64,000 bases of DNA from Selaginella moellendorffii (lineage: Eukaryota > Plantae > Lycopodiophyta): contig NW_003314273.1 of assembly GCF_000143415.4 (NCBI RefSeq), forward strand, positions 2,352,097 to 2,416,096. Reading direction: 5' to 3'. Within the stretch, counting starts at the first letter, position 1. Every line of letters starts with the position of its first letter. Below are positions 37,491 to 51,726 of this stretch, piece after piece. The translations under genes were made by a program, and so were the position numbers. Below the pieces are notes generated by a model that saw only the letters and a list, made by a program, of their open reading frames with translations, was not told the DNA's origin and made no database searches.

Positions 37491-40337
37491 TCACAGCGAA
37501 GAGATTTCGAACTGGCAGTTTCCATCCGGCTCGGGCCGAGCAGCACAAAAGTGTTGCTGCAACAAGCAAATCTTAGATCGATGAAGAGCTATCTCTTAAG
37601 CACTACTTACCGGATTGTTTTCCGAAGGGAAGAGTATTGGACGACACCTTTTGTCCTCGTTCATGAGGCTCGAGTTTTGGAAGTGTGCGACCAGCGCGGC
37701 CTTGCCTTGGATCCGTGCGTAGGCGAGAGAAGCAACCTTTTCGCTGTTGAACTTCTCCCACTTCTTGCCGTTAAAACTCTGAAAGTCACAGAGCGAACAA
37801 CAAGGATTACAACCAGACGAGCGAGAGAATTGATCGAACCTTGTAAAAGGGGACGATGTGAGCTGGCTCGGTCATGTTGATGAATGCATAGCCAACGTTG
37901 CATTTATTCTGCACAGGCAAAAGCCGGTCAATACCAGGGAAACACTTTTGCTCGCCTAAAATCACCTTAAAGTCAATTGGTAAATAGATGAAATCGTAGG
38001 TACCACGGTGGTGCTCGTCAATTGTCGACAGAAGCAGCTTTGATGTGTACCTAAAAGCCGAAAAACGTAAATATCACCGCAAGACTGCTCTGTTCGGAAT
38101 GCTTACTTGTTTGGTATGTTTTTTATCATCAGCGTCGTCCGCAAGTCATTCCCGAGGAGGATGCGTTCCAAGTCCAGCTGATACTTCTTGTTCTCCGCAA
38201 GCCCCGCAGAAATTTCACCCCTCCGGCTCTTGCAACGTTCGCTAAAATTATCCAGTGACCCAGCACCATTGACAAATGGACCAGTTCTATATAGCGGTCC
38301 CAACCGTGAAGAATCCACAAGGCCACTGAAAGCCTGATTGGATCCTTTCATATTCAGGCCCCCAACCGGTCCTGACCATGACATGCCGGGCAAGTCAGTG
38401 AAGAAGCCATTGTGACCGTCGACTAGCTTTCGATCCGCAAAGGCTGCGGAAAGTTCCATACTCGCCCGGGTGGAGTCCAAATGCCTGTCTCCCACAAAAC
38501 TCTGTAGTTGAGAATGGAACGGACTGGAATTACTCCAGAGTGACTGCTCTGTGATTCTCGTACCCGTAAGAACTGCACAGTCGAAATGTCAGTCACACCG
38601 TAACGAGAAAGATAATATCTTCGCACCTCTGGGCGAGTGGTCGAGCGATGCCGACACTTCTCGTAAGCTAGAGGGTATTCTCTGGTCATACACACCAAAA
38701 CTGGTGGGGTCCTGGTCAGAGATCTGTAAAGATGAAAATTGCTGACGCATGAAGTGACCAGAGGACCGACCGAGAGAATCAGGAATGTTAACATGTAATG
38801 GAGAAGAGACCCGGGCAGGAACGCTACCAACACCGTTTGGATGCTTGCTAGCAAAGGAGCCGAATGAAGAGTGCACAGCTCTTATTCCTGGATCATTCAT
38901 TCGAAGCGTGCTGCTTCCCCAGTGTGGTGATTGCCCTGCCGCAAGGTATTACACTTGAAACACGTAAGCATGTATGCAACTTCAGGAAGCATACCTGAAG
39001 GTGACGAGTCCAAAGGTGTCTGCATCTGCTGGCACCGAAACTCTTCCTGCTCCAGCTCGTGGGTGAGCTGTTGCATTAAGCTGAAACAATCGCTTCAAAA
39101 CTCTGTTTCCTGGCTTCCACACAGACACGTACCTCCTACGAGCACCACCAGGGCGACTGGGTTCCAGTTTGATACGTTTCCCCGCAATATCGCTTCTGTT
39201 CAGCGCTCTTAGCGCCGCTTCAGCTGCCCTGACATCGTAAAACTCAATAAATTTATGATGCTTCTTGTGTGGTGTCTCGCGTATCTGAATTACAAAAGAG
39301 AGTTGCATACGTAAACGTTGTCACCGAAAAGACAAGCATACCTCTTTAATTTCTCCATAGACACCAAAAATTTGTCTCAGGTCGTCGTTTGTGACTGACG
39401 TGTCCAGATTAAATACAACTAGCGTCCCCTGGTTGACATCTTTATCGGACGGGTTATCCTGACGAAGCGAGCATTAGCGTAAGAAGCAACTCAGAAATTC
39501 TGAGTACCTTCGGTATTGAAAAGTGGATGTCCAGCTTTCTTCGACGTAGAGGTTTGTTCTGGAGACCACGCATGGCACTCCGGGCAGCCCGGATGTCGTA
39601 ATACGATATCATCACAAATCCGCGGTGTTTACAAGCGGTATACAGCGTACGAATATCACCATATTGCTTAAAAGAAGAGAAGGTAAAAACCAAAACGTGT
39701 GTCACGCGCGCTCAAGAAAACCGAAAACAAATGCAGCCTCACCTCAAAAAGTGCTCGAAGCTCCGCATCCTCAACGTTACTGTTGATGTTGCGAACAAAA
39801 AGCGTTCTAGAGGGATGTTCTCCATACGGGTGTTCTCCTGCCAAAACATTCCCGGTAAAGTTCCCGTTTGTGCCTGCGATGTCACCCTCCAGCTCCATTC
39901 CACCACCACTGTTGAAAAAATCGAACTCATCATCGTGAAGAGAGCCCAGATTGTATCCAGAATCGGCTAAAAGGTCCTCTTCGGCATCCGGAAGGAGAGT
40001 CCCCAAGGCATGCGACTCGAGCTCTTGCATAGAACCAAAGATGTCGTCACTCTCCACATCCTCGGAAGCAAGCGGCTCTAGACAATCGCAAAAGTGATTC
40101 TATCAGAAAACAGGAACTCGAGGAACGAGAGAACTCACGTCTTTCAAGAACTAAGTTTGGCAGCGAGCAAGGAGCACTGAGAAGGCGATTTAACTGTGAA
40201 GTGGCCGAGAACATCGACGATCCAACTGGCGCATCAAAATTCTGGAATTCATTGCTACACCATCCGGAGTCCGAGAAAGCTCCAAATTCCCGCCCGCCAG
40301 CGTGACTGGGGAAGAGCTGCGAGGTATTGGACGCCAT
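37491..40337 (-). CDS. MEI2-like (AML class) RNA-binding protein, copy 2
   Basis: Same three RRM motifs and apparently matching intron positions as copy 1. Last exon QHFCAARPEPDGNCQFEISSL*. Confidence 0.95.
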
Positions 40338-41677
40338 CCAGGCAGCCGATCCTGCGCGAACACTCACGCTCATCAGCACATCATCAAAACCCTAGAGCAT
40401 GGGAAAAACAGAGTCTAAAGCTCGCGGCAGTGGAGCGCCGCAAATTCGAGCTCCCCGAGCTCGCCAGGGCCGAAATTTCGAGAATGGAGGCGCGAGGGAC
40501 ACTCACATGACGTGAATCGCAGCATTCCGGAGCTTAGATCGATCGCGCCGAGATGAGGAACACGATGCGCTCGCCGCCGCGCCCGCCGCTGCTGGTGCCG
40601 CCAGGGATTCCTCCCCCCCCGCCAGCGTCCAAGAGCACTGCTCGCCATTTTTGCCTAGTCGATCGAAGCACAAAGAAAGGGGCACACACCCTCTCTCTAG
40701 CCCGCGGGCAGGGCGGGCAGCCACGGGCAGCCACGGGCAGCCAGTCAGGGGCCGGGCATCATCTTATCCCAAAATGTCTCTGTCTTTGACATTAAATCCC
40801 GCGAAACAAACATACTTATCACTTTTAAAAGCCCGAGCTCGAAGAAATAAAATCGTCCTAAACGCTAAACAAGAGAAGATTAGCCTCGAAGTCGAGGAAC
40901 TTGGAAAATCAAAGAAATCCAAAGCCTCGAAAACATTACCACATCACCTAGTCGATCAAGCGCTGCAAAGCTGGAAGAAAATAGTCTGTACAGACAGAAG
41001 AACAGTACCTATCAGAACGAGCAGCGATTCGAAAAACACGAAAGAAGCCTTTCCAGTCTCGAGAAGGCGAAGAGGATTACTACTAACAAAGCACAAGGAG
41101 AGAGTACTGATTAGAGTCTCAATCACCCAAGACGCAGAGAAAGCAAAAGATCTCGCAAGAACACGGACAAAGCAAAAGAAAATAAAACTTCGAGACGCGA
41201 ATCTCACCGGGTGAGTCGCGATCCGTTTTGATGTGTCCGCTCGCAGTGGCTGCAGCCAATCCGAATGGATCCGTTCGTGTGCATCGATGAACGGGCTCCA
41301 CGCCAGTTTATCCCTGGAAAATGGAAAACTCCCTCCAATTAGCACAAGCAATACTTCACATCACCTGATGTTTACCTGATGTTTATGTTGCTAGTGAGAT
41401 AAGCTTCCACCACTGCTCGCTAGTACAATAATGTAGGCAGGCGCCTTTGCTTTCCCTTTCGCTACTTTTTATCGCTCCTCTCTCTCTTGCTTCACTGCGA
41501 GCGAGAAAAATCCATCGCGGATGAGATGAGTAGCTCTAGTTAGCTATAGATACAATGAGATCATTTACCAGCTGCTGAGCTGTTGTGTGATCCCTGATCC
41601 CTGCTGTTGATCATAACTCCTCCACCAGACACCACGGCAGCCTGGTTTTCTTCTTTTTTCGTAACCTCTCTTCCCAG

Positions 41678-42973
41678 GAGTGCTCCAGACCCGAGGAGAG
41701 GATCAAAGCGCTCATGGCCTCGGTCGATTGTTTCTCCAGCCAAATCGAGCACATCTACTCCAAGTCTGCAAAATCCAAGCCCAGCGGTAAACTGTCAGTG
41801 TTTCTGAAAGAACGGTATTTAGCTCGACGAGAAAAAAACCTGTCTGTGCAGGAAATCCGGTGCTCAAAATCAGTTTTATAACACTGTCTATTGCTGTGGC
41901 TCTTGGAGTTTCGTATATAGCTCCACCTCCCGCAAAGATATGCGGGACACTGCATGGCCCCGCTGTTACCACTTCTCGACTCCGCTTTCCAGATGGTCGA
42001 CCCGTTGCTTACGCTGAAAGAGGTGTCTCCAAGAACGATGCAAAGCACAAGGTTGTTGTTGTTCACGAGTACGGAGGCACTCGCTTGGATCTTTTCCCCT
42101 GCAACGAGGTAAGATATATTCAAGCCAGCTAACAGTGCAGTAAGCAGCGAACCTGTGCAGGAAAAATTGGAGGAGCTCGGTGTGTATATGGTGAGCTTCG
42201 ATCGAGCTGGATACGGCGAAAGCCACCCCTTCCCGCACCGTTCTATTGCGTCCGAGGTTCAAGACATGGAGCACTTGGCAGATGCACTTGAGCTTGGACC
42301 GAAGTTTTACGTGATAGCCATTGGTGTTGGTGCATACGCCGGCTGGGGTTGCATTCAATACATTCCCAACAGGTACAATGCCTTGAGAATGGCTGCAAAT
42401 GCAACTAGCAATGTGTTTCAACAGGATAGCAGGACTTGCGATGATTTCACCTGTTGCAAACTTCTGGTGGCCAGGCTTAGCTGCTACTTCTCAAGGGCTC
42501 GAGGCTTTAGAGGCCGCCGATAGATACACTCTCCAGGTAGCACATTATGCTCCTCGGTTCCTCTACCATTACACAAGGCAAAAATGGTTCCCTTCATCAA
42601 ACATGGAGAAACTTAGTCAGGTATGTAATATTAAAAGAGCAACTCACGGACTCGAGGTTCCCAGGTTTCGGAGCTTGCGATACAGCAGGGAATACACGAA
42701 TCCATTCACAGAGATCTGATGATTCAATTTGGAAGCTGGGAGTTCGATCCAGCGGCACTCCACAATCCTTTTGTCGGTGATGCGGTTCACGTATGGCAGA
42801 GCAGCGAAGATCCCTTCTTCCCATCAAGCTGGAAGGCACGGCTGAAAATTAAACTCCCATGGGTTCAGTACCATACAATACCCGGGAAAGCTCGTGATTC
42901 GTGGCTTCAAGTTGCTGGTTTGCCTGAAAAAATGCTTGTTAGCCTACTACCTGGCAATCAAACACATGCCTGA
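41678..42973 (+). CDS. Plant alpha/beta-hydrolase family protein, likely non-catalytic (start codon not resolved)
   Basis: CGTLHGPAVTTSRLRFPDGRPVAYAERGV, SFDRAGYGES, LADALELGPKFYVI, PVANFWWP and FGSWEFDP. No Ser at the nucleophile elbow. Confidence 0.8.
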
Positions 42974-43116
42974 ATCCTGTTGGTTGGGCATACTCCGAGC
43001 CGTGGTACAAAACTTTATTTCAAGGTACCGTCCTGGTCGGAAGCTCGTGGAGTTCATAAATCTGCTATAGACAACACGTTATTGTGAAAAGAACTAGCAA
43101 ATTGTCTTACAGCGAT

Positions 43117-43160
43117 GTTCGTCTTGGTGAACTGGCGAGTTCGTCTTGGTGAACTGGCGA
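43117..43160. repeat. Perfect 22-bp tandem duplication
   Basis: GTTCGTCTTGGTGAACTGGCGA occurs twice in a row. Confidence 0.9.
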
Positions 43161-43248
43161 AAATCCATTCGTTGCGACGGTCTGTCCTTCCTGACGACAA
43201 TATTCATAGCAGAGCCGATGCAAAGCATCAACTCTACCTGAAAAGCCG

Positions 43249-44979
43249 TTAACTGCTGGCACAGAACCGGTACTGCCGCATCTCTGCTTGCTCCAGCTCT
43301 GGCATCAGCAACTGTACAACTTCCAGCCTGTTGAGCCTCCGAGCATGGTTCACAAGCGTCTGCAAAGTATTCATTTGAGGGCTATGTCCACTGGCTTTCA
43401 TCTCCCTCAGCATCGAGCATGCCTGGTCAATGTGACCAGCGCGGCCGAAAGCTTCCACCAGATTGCAGTACGAGCTGCGGTCCAGCGAAACGTTTCTGCC
43501 CTCCATTTCCTTGATCAGCTCAAAGCAAGCTTGGAGCCTCCCCACCTTGGCCATCCTGACCACAATCGTGTTGTACGTGTAATGGTCCGGCACGAGGCGC
43601 TGCTCCAGCTTGAGCTCCTCAAAGGCTTTCCAGGCCTCATCGACTTTCCCAACTTTTCCCAGCAAGTCGATGATGATGTTGTAAGTGATGAGATCGTGAA
43701 CAAAGCCTCCCGCGGCCTTGAGATCGTAATAGAGCTCGAGCGCTACTTCCGGCTTGCCGACTTTGTTCAGTCTGGTCATGATCACGTTGAGAGTGAGCGA
43801 GTTGGGATAGAAGTTCATCTTCATCAAGTCCCGGACCAAGGTATGCGCTGCATCCACTTCCCCAGACCTCCCAAACGCATCCATCAGGATCCTGAAAGCC
43901 CTCTCCCCGGGCGAGCAGCCATAAGACACCATCTTCCTTACCAAGTCCGCGGCTTGAGCAGTTTTCCCGGCTTTGCAAAACGTGTCGAGAAGAACGTTGA
44001 AGGTGACAATGTTGGGCTGGCACTTGTTCGCTACCATCTCCTCAAACACCTTGGCCGACGCTTCCAAGTTCGTGGTGTTTCCAATCCCTTCCATGACGAA
44101 GTTGTACGTGTAAACGTCCGGAGGATAGCCTTTCTCGGACATCTCCCTGGTGTACTTGAGCGCCTCGTCAACTTTGCCGAGCTTGCAGAGGCTGTTGATG
44201 ACAACGTTGTACGCAAATCTATCCGGCTTGTTCCCGGCCCAGATCATGTTCTTGAAGATCAGAGGCACCACCTGGAAACACCCGGCCTTGACGAGCTTGT
44301 GCATCACGTACTTGTAGTGCTTCATGGCCGGCTTCTCCGAATGCTCGAACACATCGAAGAACTTCAAGGCCTTTTCGATCTCGCCACCGTCGAAGTAGCA
44401 CTGGAAGAGGATCATGTACGTGATCTCGTTCTTCGCGACCTTGGCCTTGGCCATGTCGGCGTGGAGCTCCTCCATCATCCGGAAGTTCTTGGCATCCCCG
44501 AGAGTCTTCATCATCATGTTGTAGACGTAAGTGTCGTTGTAGTACTTTGGCTGCGTCTTCGCCCACCGGAAGAGCTTGAGCGCGGCCTCCTCGCCGATGC
44601 GCTGCTTCAAGATCTCACAGACGTGGTATGGCCGCAGCCTCTTCACTCCGGATGATCTTAGCAGCTCCTCGGCGGTCCACCACCCAAGCTCCCCCTTCCT
44701 GATCGCCTTGGTCATCTCCACCACGAACTGGAGATCCTCGTTCACGGGCTCCCACATGAAATCGCTGGTGAGCACGTCCTTCCGGTGGGAATCCAGCGAA
44801 ATCTTCTTGAGTGGACTCTCCAGCCGGCTCCTGCTGATGTCCCTGCTGAGAGAATAGGGCGATGGGAGAGTGACGCAGGGACGTCGCCTCACCAGCAGCG
44901 ATTCCGCCTCCATCGACAGGAATCGCACCAGCCGGATGCTCGCTGCCGCATTCTTCCTTGTGATCGCGAGGAACCCCAT
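43249..44979 (-). CDS. P-class pentatricopeptide repeat protein, 576 aa, organelle-targeted
   Basis: Tandem 35-aa repeats (PDRFAYNVVINSLCKLGKVDEA, PNIVTFNVLLDTFCKAG). Intronless, with a basic N-terminal presequence. Confidence 0.95.
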   Translation of the reverse strand: MGFLAITRKNAAASIRLVRFLSMEAESLLVRRRPCVTLPSPYSLSRDISRSRLESPLKKISLDSHRKDVLTSDFMWEPVNEDLQFVVEMTKAIRKGELGWWTAEELLRSSGVKRLRPYHVCEILKQRIGEEAALKLFRWAKTQPKYYNDTYVYNMMMKTLGDAKNFRMMEELHADMAKAKVAKNEITYMILFQCYFDGGEIEKALKFFDVFEHSEKPAMKHYKYVMHKLVKAGCFQVVPLIFKNMIWAGNKPDRFAYNVVINSLCKLGKVDEALKYTREMSEKGYPPDVYTYNFVMEGIGNTTNLEASAKVFEEMVANKCQPNIVTFNVLLDTFCKAGKTAQAADLVRKMVSYGCSPGERAFRILMDAFGRSGEVDAAHTLVRDLMKMNFYPNSLTLNVIMTRLNKVGKPEVALELYYDLKAAGGFVHDLITYNIIIDLLGKVGKVDEAWKAFEELKLEQRLVPDHYTYNTIVVRMAKVGRLQACFELIKEMEGRNVSLDRSSYCNLVEAFGRAGHIDQACSMLREMKASGHSPQMNTLQTLVNHARRLNRLEVVQLLMPELEQAEMRQYRFCASS

Positions 44980-45225
44980 GGGAAAATCCCGAAGAACCCT
45001 AAATTTCGCTTGGCCGATCGCACCACATCGCCTAGCTGCTCAGCGATCCCACACTTCGTCCAGGAAGAATCGATCGAGCTGCGTGAAACCTCAAATCGTC
45101 GAGCCACAGCGATGCCTCCATCGCCGGGAATCAGTGACACTGCCGCATTTTCTTCCTGAATGTGATATCTCCCGCCTAGCTCCTCAAGAACCCTAATTCT
45201 CGGCTAGGGTTTCTGGGCAGCGAGG

Positions 45226-45453
45226 ATGTGGATCTTGCTCGAGGCCGTGCTGCTGATGCTCAATAGCATCGCGATCTTGAACGAGGAGCGATTCCTGGCG
45301 CCGCACGGGTGGGGTTTTGGCGACATGTCGCAGCACGGCAGCCAGACGCTCAAGGGGCAGATCATTGGCTTCATTCACGCTGTCCAATACTTGCGCATGC
45401 CGCTCATCTTCTTCAATCTCATCGCCATCACTTCGATGCTTCTCTTCGGCTGA
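45226..45453 (+). CDS. YOS1: Yos1/IER3IP1-like small ER-Golgi membrane protein
   Basis: LLMLNSIAILNEERFLAPHGW...LKGQIIGFIHAVQYLRMPLIFFN. 75 aa with two hydrophobic helices. Confidence 0.92.
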   Translation: MWILLEAVLLMLNSIAILNEERFLAPHGWGFGDMSQHGSQTLKGQIIGFIHAVQYLRMPLIFFNLIAITSMLLFG

Positions 45454-45569
45454 GCTAAGATCGATCGATCGATCCCAGCTAGAAAAAGGAGAAAATGTAT
45501 GGCGCTTTTCTAGCTAATCAAATTTGCCGCAAACCCTAATTCCTGAACCCTAGGAGGGGAGGAAGAGCG

Positions 45570-46614
45570 ATGGCGTTCGCGGGCGCCTTGGGCAGTGAGG
45601 TGAGATTTTCCCTCTTTGTTCTTCCGATCGATCCACACTCTTGGCGCTGCGCAGTTGGGCCTCCGATTGCTGCTATCGCCTGCTGGAACAAACATTGTTG
45701 TGCGCACGGCAAGGTTCTCTTCTTCTTTTTCTTCGCTTCTCTCGCATTCTAAGATTTGGATTTCCATCCAGTGTTGGAATTGGGATCGGCTTTCCAGTGT
45801 ATTCCACATTCAAGGCCATTGAGAGGAAGAATCAAGCAGAACAGGAGGAATGGCTTGTCTATTGGACTGGTAGAAATTCCTTCTTGTTTTTCTCCCTGTT
45901 CTTCATGTTTTGTGGTGTGCAGTGTATGGATGTTTCACTGTAGCGGAAATCTTCTCTGATTCCCTTCTCTCCTGGTAAGTTTTGTTTTTTTTTTCTGCTC
46001 AGAGATTCTTCAATCCTCGTATGTTTTCTCTCGCGCAGGTGTCCATTCTATTACCACGCAAAGCTTGTTTTCCTTGTTTGGCTACAATTCCCACACAACT
46101 ACGTACGTCTGTTCCATTTTTTTCTGCTCTTTCTCACTCCGATCTTTGCTTTTCTTTCCTTGCTTGTAGGGAGCAAGGCATGTTTTCAAGGTGTTTCTAA
46201 AGCCTCTGTTCGTGAAACACAAGCCTCAGCTCGACAGGATCGTCGAGGGAACACGCTCAGATCTCGTAAGCTCATAGGAGTTCGATCGATTCCTACATTT
46301 CTGATGAGCTCCTGGATTTTGCAGGACACTTTCGTCAAGACCACAAAGGAGAGAAAAGAAGTCCAAGCTATCGTGCACACAACGAAAAATCTCGCTCTCT
46401 CAGGTAAAACTCCACACAGTCTAAGAATCAAAGGCAAACTTTTTCTTCTCCTCATTACATTTTTTCTTTTTTTTTTTACTTCCTCTTCTAAGCGTACCAT
46501 TCTCTCGGCGATTTGATCAAAGGCCACAACGATAACAGTATCAGAGGAAACGATGAAGATCAAACAGATCAAACCTGGGTTCACGTTCGCAGAGACGAAG
46601 ATCAAGATGAATGA
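45570..46614 (+). CDS. HVA22-like (TB2/DP1) protein, multi-exon
   Basis: GIGFPVYSTFKAIE...QEEWLVYW, then VYGCFTVAEIFSD, then PFYYHAKLVFLVWLQ across short introns. Confidence 0.9.
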
Positions 46615-46767
46615 CGAAGATCAAGATAGACTATAGAGTTTTTAGAATATTCGGTTCTACGAAGGGGAATCTTTTCGCTTTATGTTGATGCCACAAGGAT
46701 ATGCTGTTCTTGTTCTAGGGCTAGGTCTCTCTTGGCTAGGGCATTGGTTCTTGGCTCCTCCGGCGCC

Positions 46768-47687
46768 ATGGCTTCGTCGCTGATCCGGGATCTCGGGAGG
46801 AAGCTGGCTCCGCGCATTGCATCGGCGGCGGCGGGGTCGACGTCGTCCTTCCACACCTGCTCCTCCGGTCTCTCTCGGGGCGCGGCGTGGAGCGCGAGCA
46901 ATGCGATGGCGAACTGGGATTGGGAGAAGCAAGAGAAATCCTCCTGGGGCAGCTGCGCCACTCCCTGGAGCTATTCCACCACACGAGGTAAGCAAATTCT
47001 CGCAAGAAGGGGGGAAAAGCTTCCATCTTTTGATCGATCTATCCAGGCTGCGCACTGACGCGAGGGAGCGAGGCGCTGACGCGAGGAGGCGAGGACTCAT
47101 CGCCCTTCCTCACGGCGCTGCGCAACCCCACCGCCAACATTGTCTACGACGAGAGCGTGGTGGAACGCTACCCGCCCGGCGACCCCGACCGAGCGGCCTA
47201 CATCTACTTCGTCGCCACGGGCACCCGGTTCGTCTACGCGGCGGCCATCCGCGTGTTCATCCTGCGCCTCATCATGACCATGTCCGCCAGCGCCGACGTG
47301 ATGGCGCTCTCGAGCCTGGAGGTGGATCTCAGCAACATCATCGAGGGCTCCACGATCACGGTCAAGTGGCGAGGCAAGCCGGTGTTCATCCGGCGCAGGA
47401 CCCCGGACGAGGTGGCCACCGCCAACAGCGTTCCCGTGAACTCTCTCCGCGACCCTCAGCAGGACGCGGAGCGAGTGGTGAATCCCGAGTGGCTCATCGT
47501 GATCGGGGTGTGCACGCATCTGGGATGCGTGCCGCTGCCAAACGCGGGGGATTACGGAGGCTGGTTTTGTCCCTGCCATGGATCGCACTACGACGTGTCT
47601 GGGCGAGTGCGCAAGGGGCCAGCGCCGCTCAACCTCGAGGTGCCCGAGTATAAGTTCATCTCGGACACGACTGTGTTGATAGGGTAG
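46768..47687 (+). CDS. UCR1: Mitochondrial cytochrome bc1 Rieske iron-sulfur subunit (intron 46988-47046)
   Basis: [30 protein letters not shown] 2Fe-2S boxes. [10 protein letters not shown] hinge. The presequence exon splices in frame. Confidence 0.97.
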
Positions 47688-48425
47688 AGAGGGAAGAGGC
47701 GAGCACCAGAATCTCCAAGGCAAGAAGAAGAGACCCCATTTTTCTCTAAGAACTTTGCTATGTTGACGAAGAAGAAGATGAGCTGAGCAGCGGCTGCCTG
47801 GCATCTTGTTGGTTTTCTTTCCAACCAGAGAATAAGAGTGAGATTGTAAACTTGTAGCTTGTGTCATAAAAAAGTCACTGGATCTAAGTTCATATAAACC
47901 AAAGTTAATAAGTGTAAAACTACATTAAATGAGCATTAAACTACATTAAACTAGAATATACTAGATAGTGTTTAGAAAAGTTTATAAACTATAAACATGT
48001 TTATAAATTATAAATATAAAATTAATCTAAATGAATAAATAGTAAAGTATCTCAAGAATATCCAAAACTTCCAGCATAAAATGTCACGTTCTTGGGTGGA
48101 TCCACCTAAGTGAGTAAAATTTTTATAGATGGAGCCTCTGCTCTATGAAACAGTGAATCAAAGTTTCTATAGAAAATGTATCAATGTATGTGTGTTTTCG
48201 CCATATATTGTAACTTTTTTCCACTATGATGTTCAAAGGATTTTCTGAAATGGATTTATAAAATATAGAGAATGTGGTGGTGGTCTTCTATAAACTTCCA
48301 CTGTAGGCAAATGGAGAGAATAGAATATTACTTATAGAGCTCCAAAGCTACATCTGGAATAGCTTGGACACAAAATAGTCCACACTCCTCACTATATAAA
48401 CTTTCATTTCTCAAATCTCTCCACA

Positions 48426-49567
48426 ATGGCGTCTTCTTCCACCACTTTCGCCATCGCCACGCTCCTCTTCGCTGCTTTGTTCGCTCCTGCAAAATCCGCA
48501 AACCAAAGCAGCCCGGGCTCATTCTGCCCCACCGCGCTCTTCACCTTTGCAGATTCTCTCAGCGATGGTGGCAACCGCGACATCGAAGGTGGCGGCAAGA
48601 CTCTCTCGGGCAGCTACCCCTACGGCGTCACGTATGGAAAGCCAACCGGGCGCTACTGCGACGGCCTCATCATCCCCGACTTCCTGATCCAGAAGCTCGG
48701 TTTGACAACATCGGCATCCCCAGCCTCGAGTTCAATGGCACCGAGTTCGTCAGCCTCGACTTCGCCTACGCTGGAGCCACGGTGCTCCAGGTCGAGAACC
48801 AGCCATTCTCGAGCCCCCACATCTTCTCGGCCCAGGTTGACGATTTCGTGCGCCACCAGCAGACCGTGGTTGCGCGCAATGGCCGCGAGCAGAGCGAGCC
48901 GTGGTACGAGAATGCGCTCTTCTACGTCGAGATTGGAGGAGACGACATCAACTTCGCGCTGCCGCTGGGAACCGACACGGTGATCAATCACACCATCCCG
49001 GCCGTGATCCAGGGCATCGCCACGCTTTACAACCACGGCGCTCGCCATGTCCTGCTCTTCAATATGCCCCGCGCGGATTGCTCGCCAAACTATCTCCAGG
49101 CCTTCCAGCAGTACCCCGCCGGGACATTCCACTACGACAACGATGGTTGCATTGTGGAGGTCGGCCAGCTTATCTCCTACTTCAACTCCAACATCCAGAG
49201 GCTGGCGACCGAGCTCGCGCAGAACTACACGGGCCTCAATGTATACTACTCCGACTGGTTCGCGGCAAACACGTACGTCATGGAGAACATGAACCAGTAT
49301 GGATTCACGAACGCGCTCCAGTCGTGCTGCGGCGGCGGTGGCAAGTTCAACTGTAATGGTGATGGGCTATGCGGCTGCGCTCCACTGAACGAGCCCAATG
49401 TGACTTACACGGTTTGCAACGATCCCAGCCAGTACTTCACCTTCGATGGAATCCACTACACGCAGCACTTCTACCAGATCATGTCCGACTTTATCATCGC
49501 CGGGCAGTACCTCACGCCGTCGGTGAAGCTTTGCAAGGCCGTCAATGAGCCTGAAGGTCCTCTCTAA
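48426..49567 (+). pseudogene. GDSL esterase/lipase, intronless, with a 1-nt frameshift near 48700
   Basis: Signal peptide, FADSLSDGGN and PTGRYCDG in one frame. DFAYAGAT, EIGGDD and FDGIHYT in another. Adding one base at CTCGGTTTGAC restores the ORF. Confidence 0.85.
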
Positions 49568-49679
49568 AGCTTCATGGTTTTGGCAAACTTTCATTTCTCA
49601 TTATGTATCTTGTGATCCCACACTAATATCAGATAAACTTTTTGTTTCCCCTAGAAAAAATAGGTGGTCTAAAGTTGCC

Positions 49680-51700
<2,021 letters not shown>

Positions 51701-51726
51701 ATCTTGAGTAACATAAATAATGAACT

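Noticed and set aside
43288-44655. 455-aa ORF antisense to the PPR gene
   Set aside because: Shadow ORF expected from GC3-rich codon usage; no recognisable motifs.
46817-47867. Long alternative and antisense ORFs over the Rieske gene
   Set aside because: Off-frame products of a GC-rich conserved gene.
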